NCBI GenBank assembly: GCA_018402545.1
Contig: JAGYIL010000004.1
Span: forward strand, 224,422-288,421
DNA from: Saccharospirillum sp.
GTDB taxonomy: Bacteria > Pseudomonadota > Gammaproteobacteria > Pseudomonadales > Natronospirillaceae
Reading direction: 5' to 3'
DNA: 64,000 nt
The notes beneath the pieces are model-generated. The model was not told the DNA's origin and did no database searches. It saw only the letters and a list, made by a program, of their open reading frames with translations. The position numbers and the translations under genes were made by a program. Shown here one piece after another: positions 1-9,431 of the stretch. Numbering within the stretch: position 1 is the stretch's first letter; every line of letters begins with the position of its first letter.

Positions 1-1
1 C

Positions 2-172
2 TACTGGTGCCTGGCCGAGGGCCGGGAACTGCCCGCAGGCGAGTTCTGGTTCGACCGGAAAGCTCGCAAGGTCTATCCGTTTTTCTGGACCCGTGAATCG
101 TTTGAGACCCGGCAATCGCTGCTCGATTTGTGTGAAGACGCCTGGCAGCGACACGGGCCGGCTGCGAGTTAA
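2..172 (+). CDS. 3' end of an unidentified protein-coding gene (5' part lies outside the window)
   Basis: Frame 2 is open from the window edge to TAA at 170-172. Translation ...YWCLAEGRELPAGEFWFDRKARKVYPFFWTRESFETRQSLLDLCEDAWQRHGPAAS* has protein-like composition. No family recognised. Confidence 0.4.
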   Translation, partial: YWCLAEGRELPAGEFWFDRKARKVYPFFWTRESFETRQSLLDLCEDAWQRHGPAAS

Positions 173-251
173 AAAGCACGGCAGTCAATGAGGCGAGGGG
201 CAATTCTGGTGTACACTAGCGGTCTGTAAACCGGCCGACCGGAGTGTTGCC

Positions 252-1805
252 ATGACTGCCCCGACTTCCAATCTCATTATCTTCGACACCACCCTGCGCG
301 ATGGCGAGCAAAGCCCTGGCGCGTCCATGACGCGGGACGAGAAGGTCCGCATTGCCCGGGCGCTGGAGAAAATGCGGGTCGATGTCATTGAAGCCGGCTT
401 CGCGGCCGCCTCCAAAGGGGATTTCGACGCTATCAATGCCATTGCCCGTTCGGTGAAGGACAGCACGGTATGCTCCCTGGCCCGGGCGCTCGACGCCGAC
501 ATCGAAGCGGCCGCCGGCTCGCTTGAAGGCGCAGAGCGCGCGCGCATTCATACCTTTATCGCCACCTCGCCCATTCACATGAAATACAAGCTGAAGATGC
601 AGCCGGATGCGGTGGTCGAGCAAGCTGTGCGGGCAGTGACCAAAGCCCGCCAGTATACCGATGATGTCGAGTTTTCCTGTGAAGACGCCGGGCGCAGTGA
701 ACTCGACTTTCTGTGCCGCATCATCGAGCGGGCCATTGCCGCCGGGGCGACCACCATCAATATTCCCGACACCGTCGGCTACGCCGTACCCGAAGCCTTT
801 GGCCAGCTGATTCACGACATCATGCACCGCGTACCCAATGCCGACCAGGCGGTGTTTTCAGTGCATTGTCACAATGATCTGGGGTTGGCCGTGGCCAATT
901 CACTGGCGGCCGTATTGCAGGGGGCCCGCCAGGTTGAGTGCACCATCAATGGCCTGGGCGAGCGCGCCGGTAACGCCGCGCTGGAAGAAATCGTTATGGC
1001 GGTGCGTACCCGTCAGGATCTGTTCCCGGTCGATACCGGCATCGATGCCCGGCACATCGTTCCGGCGTCCCGGCTGGTGTCCTCGGTGACCGGGTTTCCG
1101 GTGCAGCCGAACAAGGCCATTGTCGGTGCCAATGCTTTTGCCCACGAGTCTGGCATACACCAGGACGGTGTGCTCAAGCACCGCGAAACCTACGAAATCA
1201 TGTCGGCCGAAGCGGTCGGCTGGAACGCCAACCGCATGGTGCTGGGCAAGCACTCGGGTCGCAATGCCTTCAAAACCCGCCTGGTCGATCTCGGTTACCA
1301 GTTTGAATCGGATGCCGAGCTGGTCGACGCCTTTACCCGCTTCAAGACGCTGGCCGATAAGAAACACGACATTTTCGACGAAGATCTGCACGCCCTTATG
1401 TCACAGGTCGAGCAAGACACTGCGGTACCCGACCGGATTCAACTGAAGCACCTGGTCAGCCACAGCGTAATGGGCGAATCGCCACTGGCAACCGTGGTGC
1501 TGGACATCGAAGGCGAGTCGCACGAGGCCACCGCCGCCGGAGACGGCCCGGTCGATGCCAGCTTCAAGGCAATCGACAGCCTGGTGCATTCCGGCACCCA
1601 GTTGCAGCTGTATTCGGTGAATGCCATTACCGCGGGCACTGAAGCCCAGGGTGAAGTGTCGGTGCGTCTTGAGAAGGCCGGGCGTATTGTGAACGGGGCA
1701 GGCAGCGATACCGACATCGTGGTGGCCTCGGCCAAGGCGTACATCAAGGCGTTGAACCTCATCCTCAACGCCCCCGCCAAACCTCATCCGCAAACCACCG
1801 TATGA
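252..1805 (+). CDS. leuA: 2-isopropylmalate synthase
   Basis: 517-aa ORF. N-terminus [18 protein letters not shown] is the HMGL-like motif. Collinear with LeuA through HxH (VHCHND) and the C-terminal regulatory domain. Confidence 0.95.
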   Translation: MTAPTSNLIIFDTTLRDGEQSPGASMTRDEKVRIARALEKMRVDVIEAGFAAASKGDFDAINAIARSVKDSTVCSLARALDADIEAAAGSLEGAERARIHTFIATSPIHMKYKLKMQPDAVVEQAVRAVTKARQYTDDVEFSCEDAGRSELDFLCRIIERAIAAGATTINIPDTVGYAVPEAFGQLIHDIMHRVPNADQAVFSVHCHNDLGLAVANSLAAVLQGARQVECTINGLGERAGNAALEEIVMAVRTRQDLFPVDTGIDARHIVPASRLVSSVTGFPVQPNKAIVGANAFAHESGIHQDGVLKHRETYEIMSAEAVGWNANRMVLGKHSGRNAFKTRLVDLGYQFESDAELVDAFTRFKTLADKKHDIFDEDLHALMSQVEQDTAVPDRIQLKHLVSHSVMGESPLATVVLDIEGESHEATAAGDGPVDASFKAIDSLVHSGTQLQLYSVNAITAGTEAQGEVSVRLEKAGRIVNGAGSDTDIVVASAKAYIKALNLILNAPAKPHPQTTV

Positions 1806-2575
1806 CCGATTTTACGCCCCTGCCAGAAGCCAGTCGCCAGCAGTATCTGGCGGCGATGGGTATCGACAGCTGGTACCCCAGAGTGCGGCTGCCGGCCGCG
1901 CCGGAGCCGTTGGTATTTGATCTGGATGACACCGATTACGTGGCACCGCCAGTCGAAACCGGCTCGCTCACGGCTCAACCGGTGCCGGAAGCAAGGCCAG
2001 CCACGTCGCAACGACCAGCTGAGGTGCCGGCTGAGACAACCCCAACCGGGCCGGCTAGTGCTGTCAACCCCGGTGCGGAGCCTGCGGGTCCCCAGGTGGT
2101 GCGCAGCAAGGCAGCACCGGTGCCCCGGTTTGCCTTGTCGCTGAGTGTGGTCGGCGAATACCTGATTGCCGATACCCTGGCCCGTGGCCTCAGCCAGCCG
2201 ACCGACAGCGGCCAGCAGCTGTTACTGAACATCCTGGCCACCCTTGGGGTGGGCGCGGCCGACGTGCGCACCCATCACGTGGTGCAATGGCCCCTGTTTA
2301 CCAACCGCAAGGTGGACCAGGGGCTGGACCAGGCCCGGGTGTATGTCGATGAAAAACTCGACCAGTTCATCCGCCAGTATCAGCCCTCTATGATGCTCTC
2401 GTTCGGCGCGGTAATGCCGAAACTTCAGGGCTGGCAGCAGCCGCAGGGCGACTATGGGGATTTGCCCTGGGTGGGGTTGCCGTCCCTTTACCAGATGCTG
2501 AACGAACCGATGAAAAAGGCTATTTGCTGGCATCGGATCAAGCCACTGGTCCGGTCCATCGACCGGCCTGCCTGA
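1802..2575 (+). CDS. holD: DNA polymerase III psi subunit-like protein (divergent HolD)
   Basis: 257-aa ORF with ATGA overlaps to the leuA stop (1802-1805) and the rimI start (2573-2577). N-terminal [16 protein letters not shown] resembles the E. coli psi N-terminus (QLQQLGITQWSLR). It sits immediately upstream of rimI, as holD does in E. coli and pseudomonads. Has a long Pro/Ala-rich linker. Confidence 0.5.
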   Translation: MTDFTPLPEASRQQYLAAMGIDSWYPRVRLPAAPEPLVFDLDDTDYVAPPVETGSLTAQPVPEARPATSQRPAEVPAETTPTGPASAVNPGAEPAGPQVVRSKAAPVPRFALSLSVVGEYLIADTLARGLSQPTDSGQQLLLNILATLGVGAADVRTHHVVQWPLFTNRKVDQGLDQARVYVDEKLDQFIRQYQPSMMLSFGAVMPKLQGWQQPQGDYGDLPWVGLPSLYQMLNEPMKKAICWHRIKPLVRSIDRPA

Positions 2576-3033
2576 TGCAACTGGTTCAGGCCGACCCGGA
2601 GTCGATCGACCGGGTGTTGCAGATTGATCTCGGGGCTGGTCCCCATCCCTGGCCAGAATCGGCACTCCGGCGGGCCCTTCAGAGCGGTGAACTGGTGCTC
2701 GCCATCGCCGACGGCGCCACGGTAGGTTTTCTGGTCAGTCAGCCCGTTCTGGACGAAACCACCCTGATGCACCTGGCGGTCGCCCGCGAACACCAGCGCC
2801 AGGGGTGGGGGCGGCAGATGATGCAAGGCTGGCTGGCACAGCAGCGATTGTCCGGTCAGCAACGCCTGTTGCTGGAAGTCCGACGGTCGAATCAGGCAGC
2901 CCTTGCCCTCTACAGGTCGCTCGGCTTTGACACCCTTGGCCAGCGTCGTGGCTATTACGTTTCGCCTGAGGGCGTTGAAGATGCACTGGTCATGGCGCTC
3001 GACCTGAGTGCAGTCGGTTCAGCGAACCGGTGA
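2575..3033 (+). CDS. rimI: ribosomal-protein-alanine N-acetyltransferase (GNAT)
   Basis: Internal ATG at 2575 of the 2524 ORF, overlapping the upstream stop. GNAT core (LAVAREHQRQGWGRQMM...ALALYRSLGF). holD-rimI synteny. Confidence 0.85.
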   Translation: MQLVQADPESIDRVLQIDLGAGPHPWPESALRRALQSGELVLAIADGATVGFLVSQPVLDETTLMHLAVAREHQRQGWGRQMMQGWLAQQRLSGQQRLLLEVRRSNQAALALYRSLGFDTLGQRRGYYVSPEGVEDALVMALDLSAVGSANR

Positions 3034-4536
3034 ATCCGCCGGTTCGGTGAGCAGGGCACAGAGTTCTTGAATGGGCATAGGCCTGGCGTAGTAGTAGCCC
3101 TGCATGATGGTGCAGCCATGGGTTTGCAGAAAATCCGATTGCTCCAGGGTTTCCACCCCTTCGGCCACAACATTCAACGAGAGTGTTTTTGCCATCGCCA
3201 GGATCGCCTGGGTGATGACCGCGTCGTTCTGGTCGCCGGGCAAGTCCATAATAAAGCTCCGGTCGATTTTCAGCTCTTTCAGAGGTAACTGCTTTAACCG
3301 GGACAACGATGAATAGCCGGTGCCAAAGTCGTCAATGGAGAAATCGATCCCCCGTTCTCGCCAGCTTTGCATGGCTCTCAGGGTTCGATCCAGGTTCTCC
3401 ATGGTGGCCGTTTCGGTGATTTCGAACATCACCGCGGGCAGATCCGTTCTGCGCTGATCGATCAGATGATGCAACAGCGTCATGGTGTTGTCGTTCAGCA
3501 AGGTCAGGTGCGACAGGTTGATCGACAGCGAGGGCAGTGAAGCCCGGCTCAACCCGGCCCGGTTCAGTTCAGTCAGTGCCTTTTCCACCACACATTCGGT
3601 GACCCGGTGTATCAGGCCCTCGCGCTCTGCCAGCGGAATGAACTGGTCGGGCGGTACCCAGCCCCGTGTGGCGTGGTGCCAGCGCACCAGCACTTCCGCA
3701 CCCACCCATTGCGATGTCGACACCGACCATTGCGGCTGATACACCAGGGTAAAGGCCTGTTGCTCAATGGCATCGCGCAGGTCTTTTGCCAGCGACAGGC
3801 GTTCCAGTAAGGTGCGTTTCAGCTCTTCATGGTAAAACGAATGCCGGTCCCGGCCCTGGTGCTTAGCCCGTGACAGCGCCATATCGGCCTGGCGCATCAT
3901 GTCTTGCCCGGTGCGGGCATCTTTGGGGAATTCACAGGAACCGGCGCTGAGGGTGTGGTTGAGCATCAAGTCGTGGCTACTGCTGCGCATGATGCTGTGT
4001 TGCAGCCAGTCGAGTCGTTCGCGCGTTTCCTGAGTGCTAAGCGCAGCGGGCGACAAGAGTCCGAATTCGTCACCACCGAGGTGGGCTATGTACCAGTCGT
4101 TGCCCAGCAGGTGCCTGAGTTGCCGACCGACCAGCCTGAGCAGCTCGTCGCCCCGGGCGTGGCCCTGTTCGTCGTTGAGATCGGTAAATTGATCGATGTC
4201 CAGCAGGGTCAGGGTAAAGCGCTGATCGCGGGCCTGGCCGTTATGGCAGCGTTGAGTCAGCTCCCGGGTGAAGGCCAGCCGGTTGGGCAGACCGGTCAGG
4301 CTGTCTTCGAGCGCGACGATCTCAATTCGATGCAGGGTGCGGTGCATCAGGATGTACAACAGTAAACCGGTGGCCAGTACGAAGAAGCCACCCTTAATGG
4401 TCTGCACCCGGTTAAGTAGACGGGGGTCACTGAACAGCGCTTCGGCAGCCCGGTCGGAAAAGGCAATCCAGAGTAAGGCAATAACCAGATACGTCAGGGC
4501 GATGCGTCCGGCGGGTCGGGTAAAGCGATGTCGCAT
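3019..4536 (-). CDS. membrane-anchored GGDEF/EAL signalling protein
   Basis: Start taken at MRHRF (ATG complement 4534-4536). Two N-terminal TM helices, an intact GGDEF (HLGGDEFGLL), and an EAL domain (EVLVRWHH..., FEITET, DDFGTGYSSL). Its 3' end overlaps the rimI 3' end by 15 bp (convergent). Confidence 0.85.
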   Translation of the reverse strand: MRHRFTRPAGRIALTYLVIALLWIAFSDRAAEALFSDPRLLNRVQTIKGGFFVLATGLLLYILMHRTLHRIEIVALEDSLTGLPNRLAFTRELTQRCHNGQARDQRFTLTLLDIDQFTDLNDEQGHARGDELLRLVGRQLRHLLGNDWYIAHLGGDEFGLLSPAALSTQETRERLDWLQHSIMRSSSHDLMLNHTLSAGSCEFPKDARTGQDMMRQADMALSRAKHQGRDRHSFYHEELKRTLLERLSLAKDLRDAIEQQAFTLVYQPQWSVSTSQWVGAEVLVRWHHATRGWVPPDQFIPLAEREGLIHRVTECVVEKALTELNRAGLSRASLPSLSINLSHLTLLNDNTMTLLHHLIDQRRTDLPAVMFEITETATMENLDRTLRAMQSWRERGIDFSIDDFGTGYSSLSRLKQLPLKELKIDRSFIMDLPGDQNDAVITQAILAMAKTLSLNVVAEGVETLEQSDFLQTHGCTIMQGYYYARPMPIQELCALLTEPADSPVR

Positions 4537-4656
4537 GAAACCAGAGATCCTTACGCAAGGGCAGGGTGATAGACAGGCAACAGATTGCCACATCAGCACC
4601 GCTGAAACATCAATTCCCTGAGTCTAGATGACAGTTTGGCAACCGTCTTGCTTACT

Positions 4657-4836
4657 TCAGATCCGGAGTTTGGTTCTGGTTGTTTGGTATTGGCCCGCAT
4701 CGGCAACCGGGTATGCCCCTGTGGGGTCGGCGTAGATCCATCCATGGAGCCTAGGCCGCAGCATCCCTGCTGCGGACTACCCCACAGGGGCATACCCGGC
4801 TGCCGCTGCTAGTCAATTTCGCCAACTCCGAACTCT
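4657..4836 (-). repeat. structured intergenic repeat, copy A (full-length type with outer terminal inverted repeats)
   Basis: 26-bp stem 4701-4726 / 4780-4805 encloses the core tcggcgtagatccatccatggagcctaggccgcagcatccctgctgcggacta. Outer inverted termini tcagatccggagtttgg / ccaactccgaactct. The strand given is the one on which stem mismatches read as G:U. Confidence 0.75.
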
Positions 4837-4850
4837 ATATCCCCAGGCTG

Positions 4851-5525
4851 CTACTCCGTGCGCTCCATTTGCAAGCTGGTGACCTGGGCCAGGTGAGTCA
4901 GAAACAGGGTTTCGGTGCCGCTGCGGAAATGCTCCGGGCTGGTGTGGCCAAGCGCCAGCACGCCGATCACCGCCTGATCTCGGGTGAGCGGGGCCAGGGC
5001 AATGGAGCCGACCTCGGTATTGGCGAACAGTAGCTGGGTCAGCGCTGGTTCCAGTGCGCCACAGACCGCCTTGCCCTGATCGACGACGGCCGGAAAGGCC
5101 TCAGCGATCTGATCGCGGGAGGTTTGCAGCCAGCCATCACCGTCGCCGGGCGCGCGATCAAACAGGATGACGGTGGTTTCATGAACGTCGAAGTCGCGTT
5201 GCAGGCCCCGTTGCAGTCGTTCCAGCAAGCCATTCAGGCGGGTTTCAGGTAACAACTCCAGAATCAGTCGTTGCAGCTTCAGAAACAGCCGGTCGTTGCA
5301 TTGCGCCACCTGGATAAACTGGTTCAGGCGGTCGATCAGTTGCCGGTTTTCCTGGCGCAATATCTGGTTCTGACGCTCGATCAGCGAAATGGCGTCGCCG
5401 CTTTCATGGCGCAGATGCAGCTTTTTCAGAAGATTGGGATGATCTTCAAAAAAGCGGGGGTGGCGACGCAGGTAGGTTACGATCGCCTCCAGGTCCAGTG
5501 TTTCGGTATTCACCGATTCAGTCAC
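4851..5525 (-). CDS. DUF484 (YigA-like) protein
   Basis: 224-aa ORF with a GTG start overlapping the dapF stop (GTGA 5522-5525). N-terminus [19 protein letters not shown] is typical of DUF484. Position downstream of dapF as in E. coli and Pseudomonas. Confidence 0.8.
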   Translation of the reverse strand: MTESVNTETLDLEAIVTYLRRHPRFFEDHPNLLKKLHLRHESGDAISLIERQNQILRQENRQLIDRLNQFIQVAQCNDRLFLKLQRLILELLPETRLNGLLERLQRGLQRDFDVHETTVILFDRAPGDGDGWLQTSRDQIAEAFPAVVDQGKAVCGALEPALTQLLFANTEVGSIALAPLTRDQAVIGVLALGHTSPEHFRSGTETLFLTHLAQVTSLQMERTE

Positions 5526-6349
5526 CCGATCACTCCTTCGTATACGGTCTCTACTGGCCCGGTCATCAGCACGTTGCCTTCACCGGACCATTCAATCAGC
5601 AGCGTACCACCGGGCAAGGTGATGCGTACATGGTCCTGGAACCAGTGGTTGATCACGCCGGCTACCATGGCGGCACAGGCACCGGTGCCGCAGGCCAGGG
5701 TTTCGCCCACGCCCCGTTCAAAGACGCGAAGGCGGGCGTTGTGCGTGTCGATCACCTGCAGAAAGCCAACGTTCACCCGTTGCGGAAACCGGGCGTGGCT
5801 CTCCAGTTCAGGGCCCAGCGTTTCGACTGGCGCGGTGTCGACGTTGTCGACCCGAATCACGCAATGCGGGTTGCCCATGTTGACGGCGGCCAGGCTGATC
5901 TCGCTGCCATCATTCAGCGTAACCGGGTACAGGCTGGCCCGACTATCGGCCTCAAAGGGGATGCGGTCGGGCGACAGGCGTGGCCGGCCCATGTCGACGG
6001 TCACCTGGCCATCGGCGTGCAGGATCAGTTCGAGGTCGCCGCCGGCGGTTTCCACGCGAATGCGCTCGGCATGAATCAGCTGGCGGTCCACGACAAAGCG
6101 GGCAAAGCAGCGGGCGCCATTGCCGCAGTTTTCAACCTCGGTGCCGTCGGCGTTGAATATCCGGTAGCGAAAGTCACGATCCGGCCGGGTCGGGGGTTCG
6201 ACCAGCAACAGCTGATCGAAACCGATGCCCATATGGCGGTCGGCCCAGCGCTCGATATCGGCCGCGTTGAATTCAACGGGCTGAGTGACGCCGTCAATGA
6301 CCATGAAGTCATTGCCGAGACCGTGCATTTTGGTGAATTTCAGCCGCAT
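5522..6349 (-). CDS. dapF: diaminopimelate epimerase
   Basis: 275-aa [22 protein letters not shown] and both catalytic Cys motifs ([16 protein letters not shown]; [11 protein letters not shown]). Confidence 0.95.
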   Translation of the reverse strand: MRLKFTKMHGLGNDFMVIDGVTQPVEFNAADIERWADRHMGIGFDQLLLVEPPTRPDRDFRYRIFNADGTEVENCGNGARCFARFVVDRQLIHAERIRVETAGGDLELILHADGQVTVDMGRPRLSPDRIPFEADSRASLYPVTLNDGSEISLAAVNMGNPHCVIRVDNVDTAPVETLGPELESHARFPQRVNVGFLQVIDTHNARLRVFERGVGETLACGTGACAAMVAGVINHWFQDHVRITLPGGTLLIEWSGEGNVLMTGPVETVYEGVIG

Positions 6350-6355
6350 AGACCC

Positions 6356-7636
6356 TCAGCTTAACCGCGATTCGAGTTGCAGTTGATCTTGCAGTGTCTC
6401 GCGCTTGCGCACCAGTTGGTATTCACTGCCCTGCACCATGATTTCAGCCGCACGGTTCCGGGTGTTGTAGTTTGAGGCCATGACCATACCGTAGGCACCG
6501 GCCGACATCACCGCCAGTACATCGCCGGGTGCCAGTGTCATGCGGCGGTCTTTGGCGAGAAAGTCACCGGTTTCACAGATCGGGCCAACCAGATCCCAGC
6601 GGGCCTCGGTACCCTGGCGAGCTTCAACCACCGGCTTGACGTCCATCCAGGCCTGGTAGAGTGCCGGGCGAATCTGGTCGTTCATGCCCGCATCAAGAAT
6701 GGCAAAGGCATGATCACCATTGTATTTCAGGTATTCCACCCGGGTCAGCATGACACCGGCATTGGCTACGATGCTGCGACCGGGCTCGAGAATCAGCGAC
6801 AGGGATCGCTCGCCCAGCGCCGTCACAATGGAGCGGACATGGGCCGCGACATCGGGTTCCACATCGTCATTCTGGTACTTCACGCCCAGGCCGCCGCCAA
6901 GGTCGAGATGCCGAATCCGGATGCCGAGTTCAGCCAGGTCGTCAATCAGCGCAAGCAACCGGCCGAGGGCATCGGCAAAAGGCGCCGTGTTCAGAATCTG
7001 CGAGCCAATGTGGCAGTCTACGCCGACAACCTCGATGTTGGGTAACTGCTGGGCATGCTGATACACGGGTATCGCCTGGTCGATGGCAACGCCAAACTTG
7101 TTCTGTTTCAGACCGGTGGAAATATAGGGGTGTGTCTGGGCGTCGACATCCGGATTGACTCGCAACGAAATACGAGCGGTGGTGTTCATTTCACCGGCGA
7201 CCCGGTTCAGCCGTTCCAGCTCACCCTCGGATTCAACATTAAAGCAATGGATGCCCACCTCGAGTGCCCGGCGCATTTCATGGCTCTGCTTCGCCACACC
7301 AGAGAAGACCACTCTGGCCGGATCGCCGCCCGCGGCCAGAACCCTTTCCAGCTCGCCAATGCTGACAATATCGAAGCCGGCACCGCACCGGGCCAGCGCA
7401 TCGAGCACCGCCAGGTTGGAGTTGGCTTTAACGGCGTAGCAGATCAGCCCCGGGTGTTCGCCCAGGCCGGCCAGGTATTGTTTGAACTGCGACTCGATGG
7501 CCGTGCGGGAATACACATACAGCGGTGTGCCGTACTGCTCGGCCAGATGCATCAGCGGCACCGCTTCAACGGTCAGTTGACCCTGTTGATAGGCGAAGGC
7601 AGAGACGGGGCTGGTCGGTGATGCTGTTTGAGTCAT
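6356..7636 (-). CDS. lysA: diaminopimelate decarboxylase
   Basis: 426-aa ORF. PLP-binding YAVKANSN motif, a GGG loop (DLGGGLGV), and C-terminal CETGD. Confidence 0.95.
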   Translation of the reverse strand: MTQTASPTSPVSAFAYQQGQLTVEAVPLMHLAEQYGTPLYVYSRTAIESQFKQYLAGLGEHPGLICYAVKANSNLAVLDALARCGAGFDIVSIGELERVLAAGGDPARVVFSGVAKQSHEMRRALEVGIHCFNVESEGELERLNRVAGEMNTTARISLRVNPDVDAQTHPYISTGLKQNKFGVAIDQAIPVYQHAQQLPNIEVVGVDCHIGSQILNTAPFADALGRLLALIDDLAELGIRIRHLDLGGGLGVKYQNDDVEPDVAAHVRSIVTALGERSLSLILEPGRSIVANAGVMLTRVEYLKYNGDHAFAILDAGMNDQIRPALYQAWMDVKPVVEARQGTEARWDLVGPICETGDFLAKDRRMTLAPGDVLAVMSAGAYGMVMASNYNTRNRAAEIMVQGSEYQLVRKRETLQDQLQLESRLS

Positions 7637-7782
7637 GGTCGCTGGTCAGTGTCCAAAGTCAGTGTAAGGGTGGTCCGGGCGTCGTCGGCGGGGAGGTACA
7701 GGTCACCCTTTTGCCCGCAGCCAACCAGCAGCGCGGTAGTGCTAAAAATCAGTGCGAGCAATGTCAGGGTCCGGTGCTTCAT
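7633..7782 (-). CDS. lptM: small lipoprotein LptM (YifL family)
   Basis: Not in the ORF track (49 aa). Translation MKHRTLTLLALIFSTTALLVGCGQKGDLYLPADDARTTLTLTLDTDQRP*. Lipobox LVGC followed by the GQKGDLYLP signature. Stop overlaps the lysA ATG (ATGA). Conserved position upstream of lysA/dapF. Confidence 0.75.
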   Translation of the reverse strand: MKHRTLTLLALIFSTTALLVGCGQKGDLYLPADDARTTLTLTLDTDQRP

Positions 7783-7970
7783 GCGTAAGACTGGCTTGAT
7801 GTCTGTAACTCAGGAGTATACGCGAGCACCCGGGCCTCGCCCACCCTGACAATGCAGATAGAAACCCGTTCAGAACTGGTTGCTGAGACGCTCTGGCTCA
7901 AGGCCAACGCCTTCGGCGCCCGGGCCGGTTATACTGTCTCGTATCACAGGGTTAAGGAGCAGAAAGAACC

Positions 7971-8570
7971 ATGTTAAGGGCAAGTCGAACGGGCATTTCC
8001 CGGCCCGCGATTGGGCTGGGCGCGGCACTGGCACTGGGCTCGGGCGGTGTGTTGGCTGAAGAAATCAAACTGTACAACCTGGCGGTGGGTGCCTCGGTCG
8101 GTTCGGCCCTGGTGGTGAATCTGGTCAACGCCCGCCAGGCGGGGCTGGATATCGGCTGGGACGATGGCAAGGAACGCGCCCGGCTGTTGTTGAACTGGCC
8201 GTTGCCCGTTGAGCGCACCTATGGGCCGTTGCAGGTCACGACCGGGCTGGAACTGGCCCTGGGTTCGAGTACCTATAAAGACGAAGAGCAACCCATGGCA
8301 AACCTGACGCCGCTGTTTGACTGGTCACTGCCAGCCGGCCCGGGCCATGCCGTGCTGGAAACCGGTCTGGGTGCGGCTTATCTCAGCTCAACCTCGCTGG
8401 GGCCAGACCAATACAGCACCTACTGGCACTTCAGTCAGATCCTGGGGGTGGGGTATGTCTATCGAAACTGGCAATTGGGTTGGCGCTATCAGCACATCTC
8501 CAACGGCAGTATCGAGAAGCCCAACAATGGGCAGAATTTTCATGGCCTGGTGTTGAAGTACCACTACTAG
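7971..8570 (+). CDS. outer-membrane acyloxyacyl hydrolase / lipid A 3-O-deacylase (PagL family)
   Basis: 199-aa ORF with a signal peptide. C-terminal WRYQHISNGSIEKPNNGQNFHGLVLKYHY contains the PagL HxSNG catalytic motif and ends in an aromatic residue typical of beta-barrels. Confidence 0.7.
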   Translation: MLRASRTGISRPAIGLGAALALGSGGVLAEEIKLYNLAVGASVGSALVVNLVNARQAGLDIGWDDGKERARLLLNWPLPVERTYGPLQVTTGLELALGSSTYKDEEQPMANLTPLFDWSLPAGPGHAVLETGLGAAYLSSTSLGPDQYSTYWHFSQILGVGYVYRNWQLGWRYQHISNGSIEKPNNGQNFHGLVLKYHY

Positions 8571-8589
8571 GACGCAGGGCAAGGCCGCT

Positions 8590-9219
8590 TTAGTTTGAGG
8601 CGCTGGTGTCTTCCCAGGGGCGGCCGTTCAGGCGTTCGTAGATGATTTCCATGCGTTCGCGATCGGCCGTGAAGTCTTCCCGGGCTTCGGCTTTGCGTGC
8701 TTCAACTTCATCGATTTCGGCCTGATAATCTGCGATTTCCGCTTCTATCCCGGTCATCTGCGTCAGCAATTCGGCATCCACCGCCTGCCCGGCCCGCTCC
8801 TGATCGGCTGCCTGCGATTGCAGCGCATTGAACTCGGTGCGCAAAATGTCGATGCGGTTGTCTTTCAGCCGGATCTCCATATCCAGACGGCTCAGCCAGG
8901 TACGCATGGCCCGGTCGACATCGCCCGGGCTGCGGTAGAGTTTGACCAGTTCGGCGTCGCGCACCCGCTCTTCCTGAACCCGCTGCTCTTCTGCCCGGCG
9001 ATTGCGTATCTCTTCATCACTGAGCTGAGGCGCGACTTCGCGCAACACAACGCCTTTGTCATCAATGATCTCATAACCGTTCTTAACAAATTCCGGCGGG
9101 ATGCTGCTGTTGATGACTGTCTGACCGTCGGCATCCTTGTAGCGGAAAAACTGGCGCGCCTCGGCCGCCAGGGGAATCAGGCTCAGCGTCAGCAACAGGG
9201 CGATCAGTCGATTGGACAT
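8590..9219 (-). CDS. DUF4124 domain secreted protein with coiled-coil
   Basis: 209-aa ORF with a signal peptide, then FFRYKDADGQTVINSSIPPE (DUF4124-like), then a Glu/Arg-rich coiled-coil. Confidence 0.6.
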   Translation of the reverse strand: MSNRLIALLLTLSLIPLAAEARQFFRYKDADGQTVINSSIPPEFVKNGYEIIDDKGVVLREVAPQLSDEEIRNRRAEEQRVQEERVRDAELVKLYRSPGDVDRAMRTWLSRLDMEIRLKDNRIDILRTEFNALQSQAADQERAGQAVDAELLTQMTGIEAEIADYQAEIDEVEARKAEAREDFTADRERMEIIYERLNGRPWEDTSASN

Positions 9220-9431
9220 AGGATCCTGACTCGTGTGTATTCAGATCATGGATGGCCACCGGGCCGCTATGGCTGGGCTGTCGGTGTGGGAAACACCGCC
9301 TGTGCGCCTGTTAACCGGTGAGCCTGATAATTCCATTGTGCCTAGAAGTTCCGGCGTTGTCATCGGTCGGCCAAGCCACCGGGTTCCGGCTTGCTGATCA
9401 GTTTAGTTCAGTCTGCTGAATTCAGCCTGAA

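Noticed and set aside
3366-3386. tRNA-like T-arm strings (ggttcgatcc at ~3373, ggttcgagt at ~8263).
   Set aside because: They lie inside coding sequences and have no acceptor or anticodon arm context. No tRNA cloverleaf could be built.
4593-4793. ORFs translating through the repeat elements (4593-4793, 21470-21931, N-terminus of 21507-22592, 32256-32459, 32230-32664). They share peptides such as PQHGCCGLGSMDG.
   Set aside because: The shared peptide comes from the conserved repeat core read in one frame. The copies occur in both orientations and lack RBS and start context. They are better explained as non-coding repeats.
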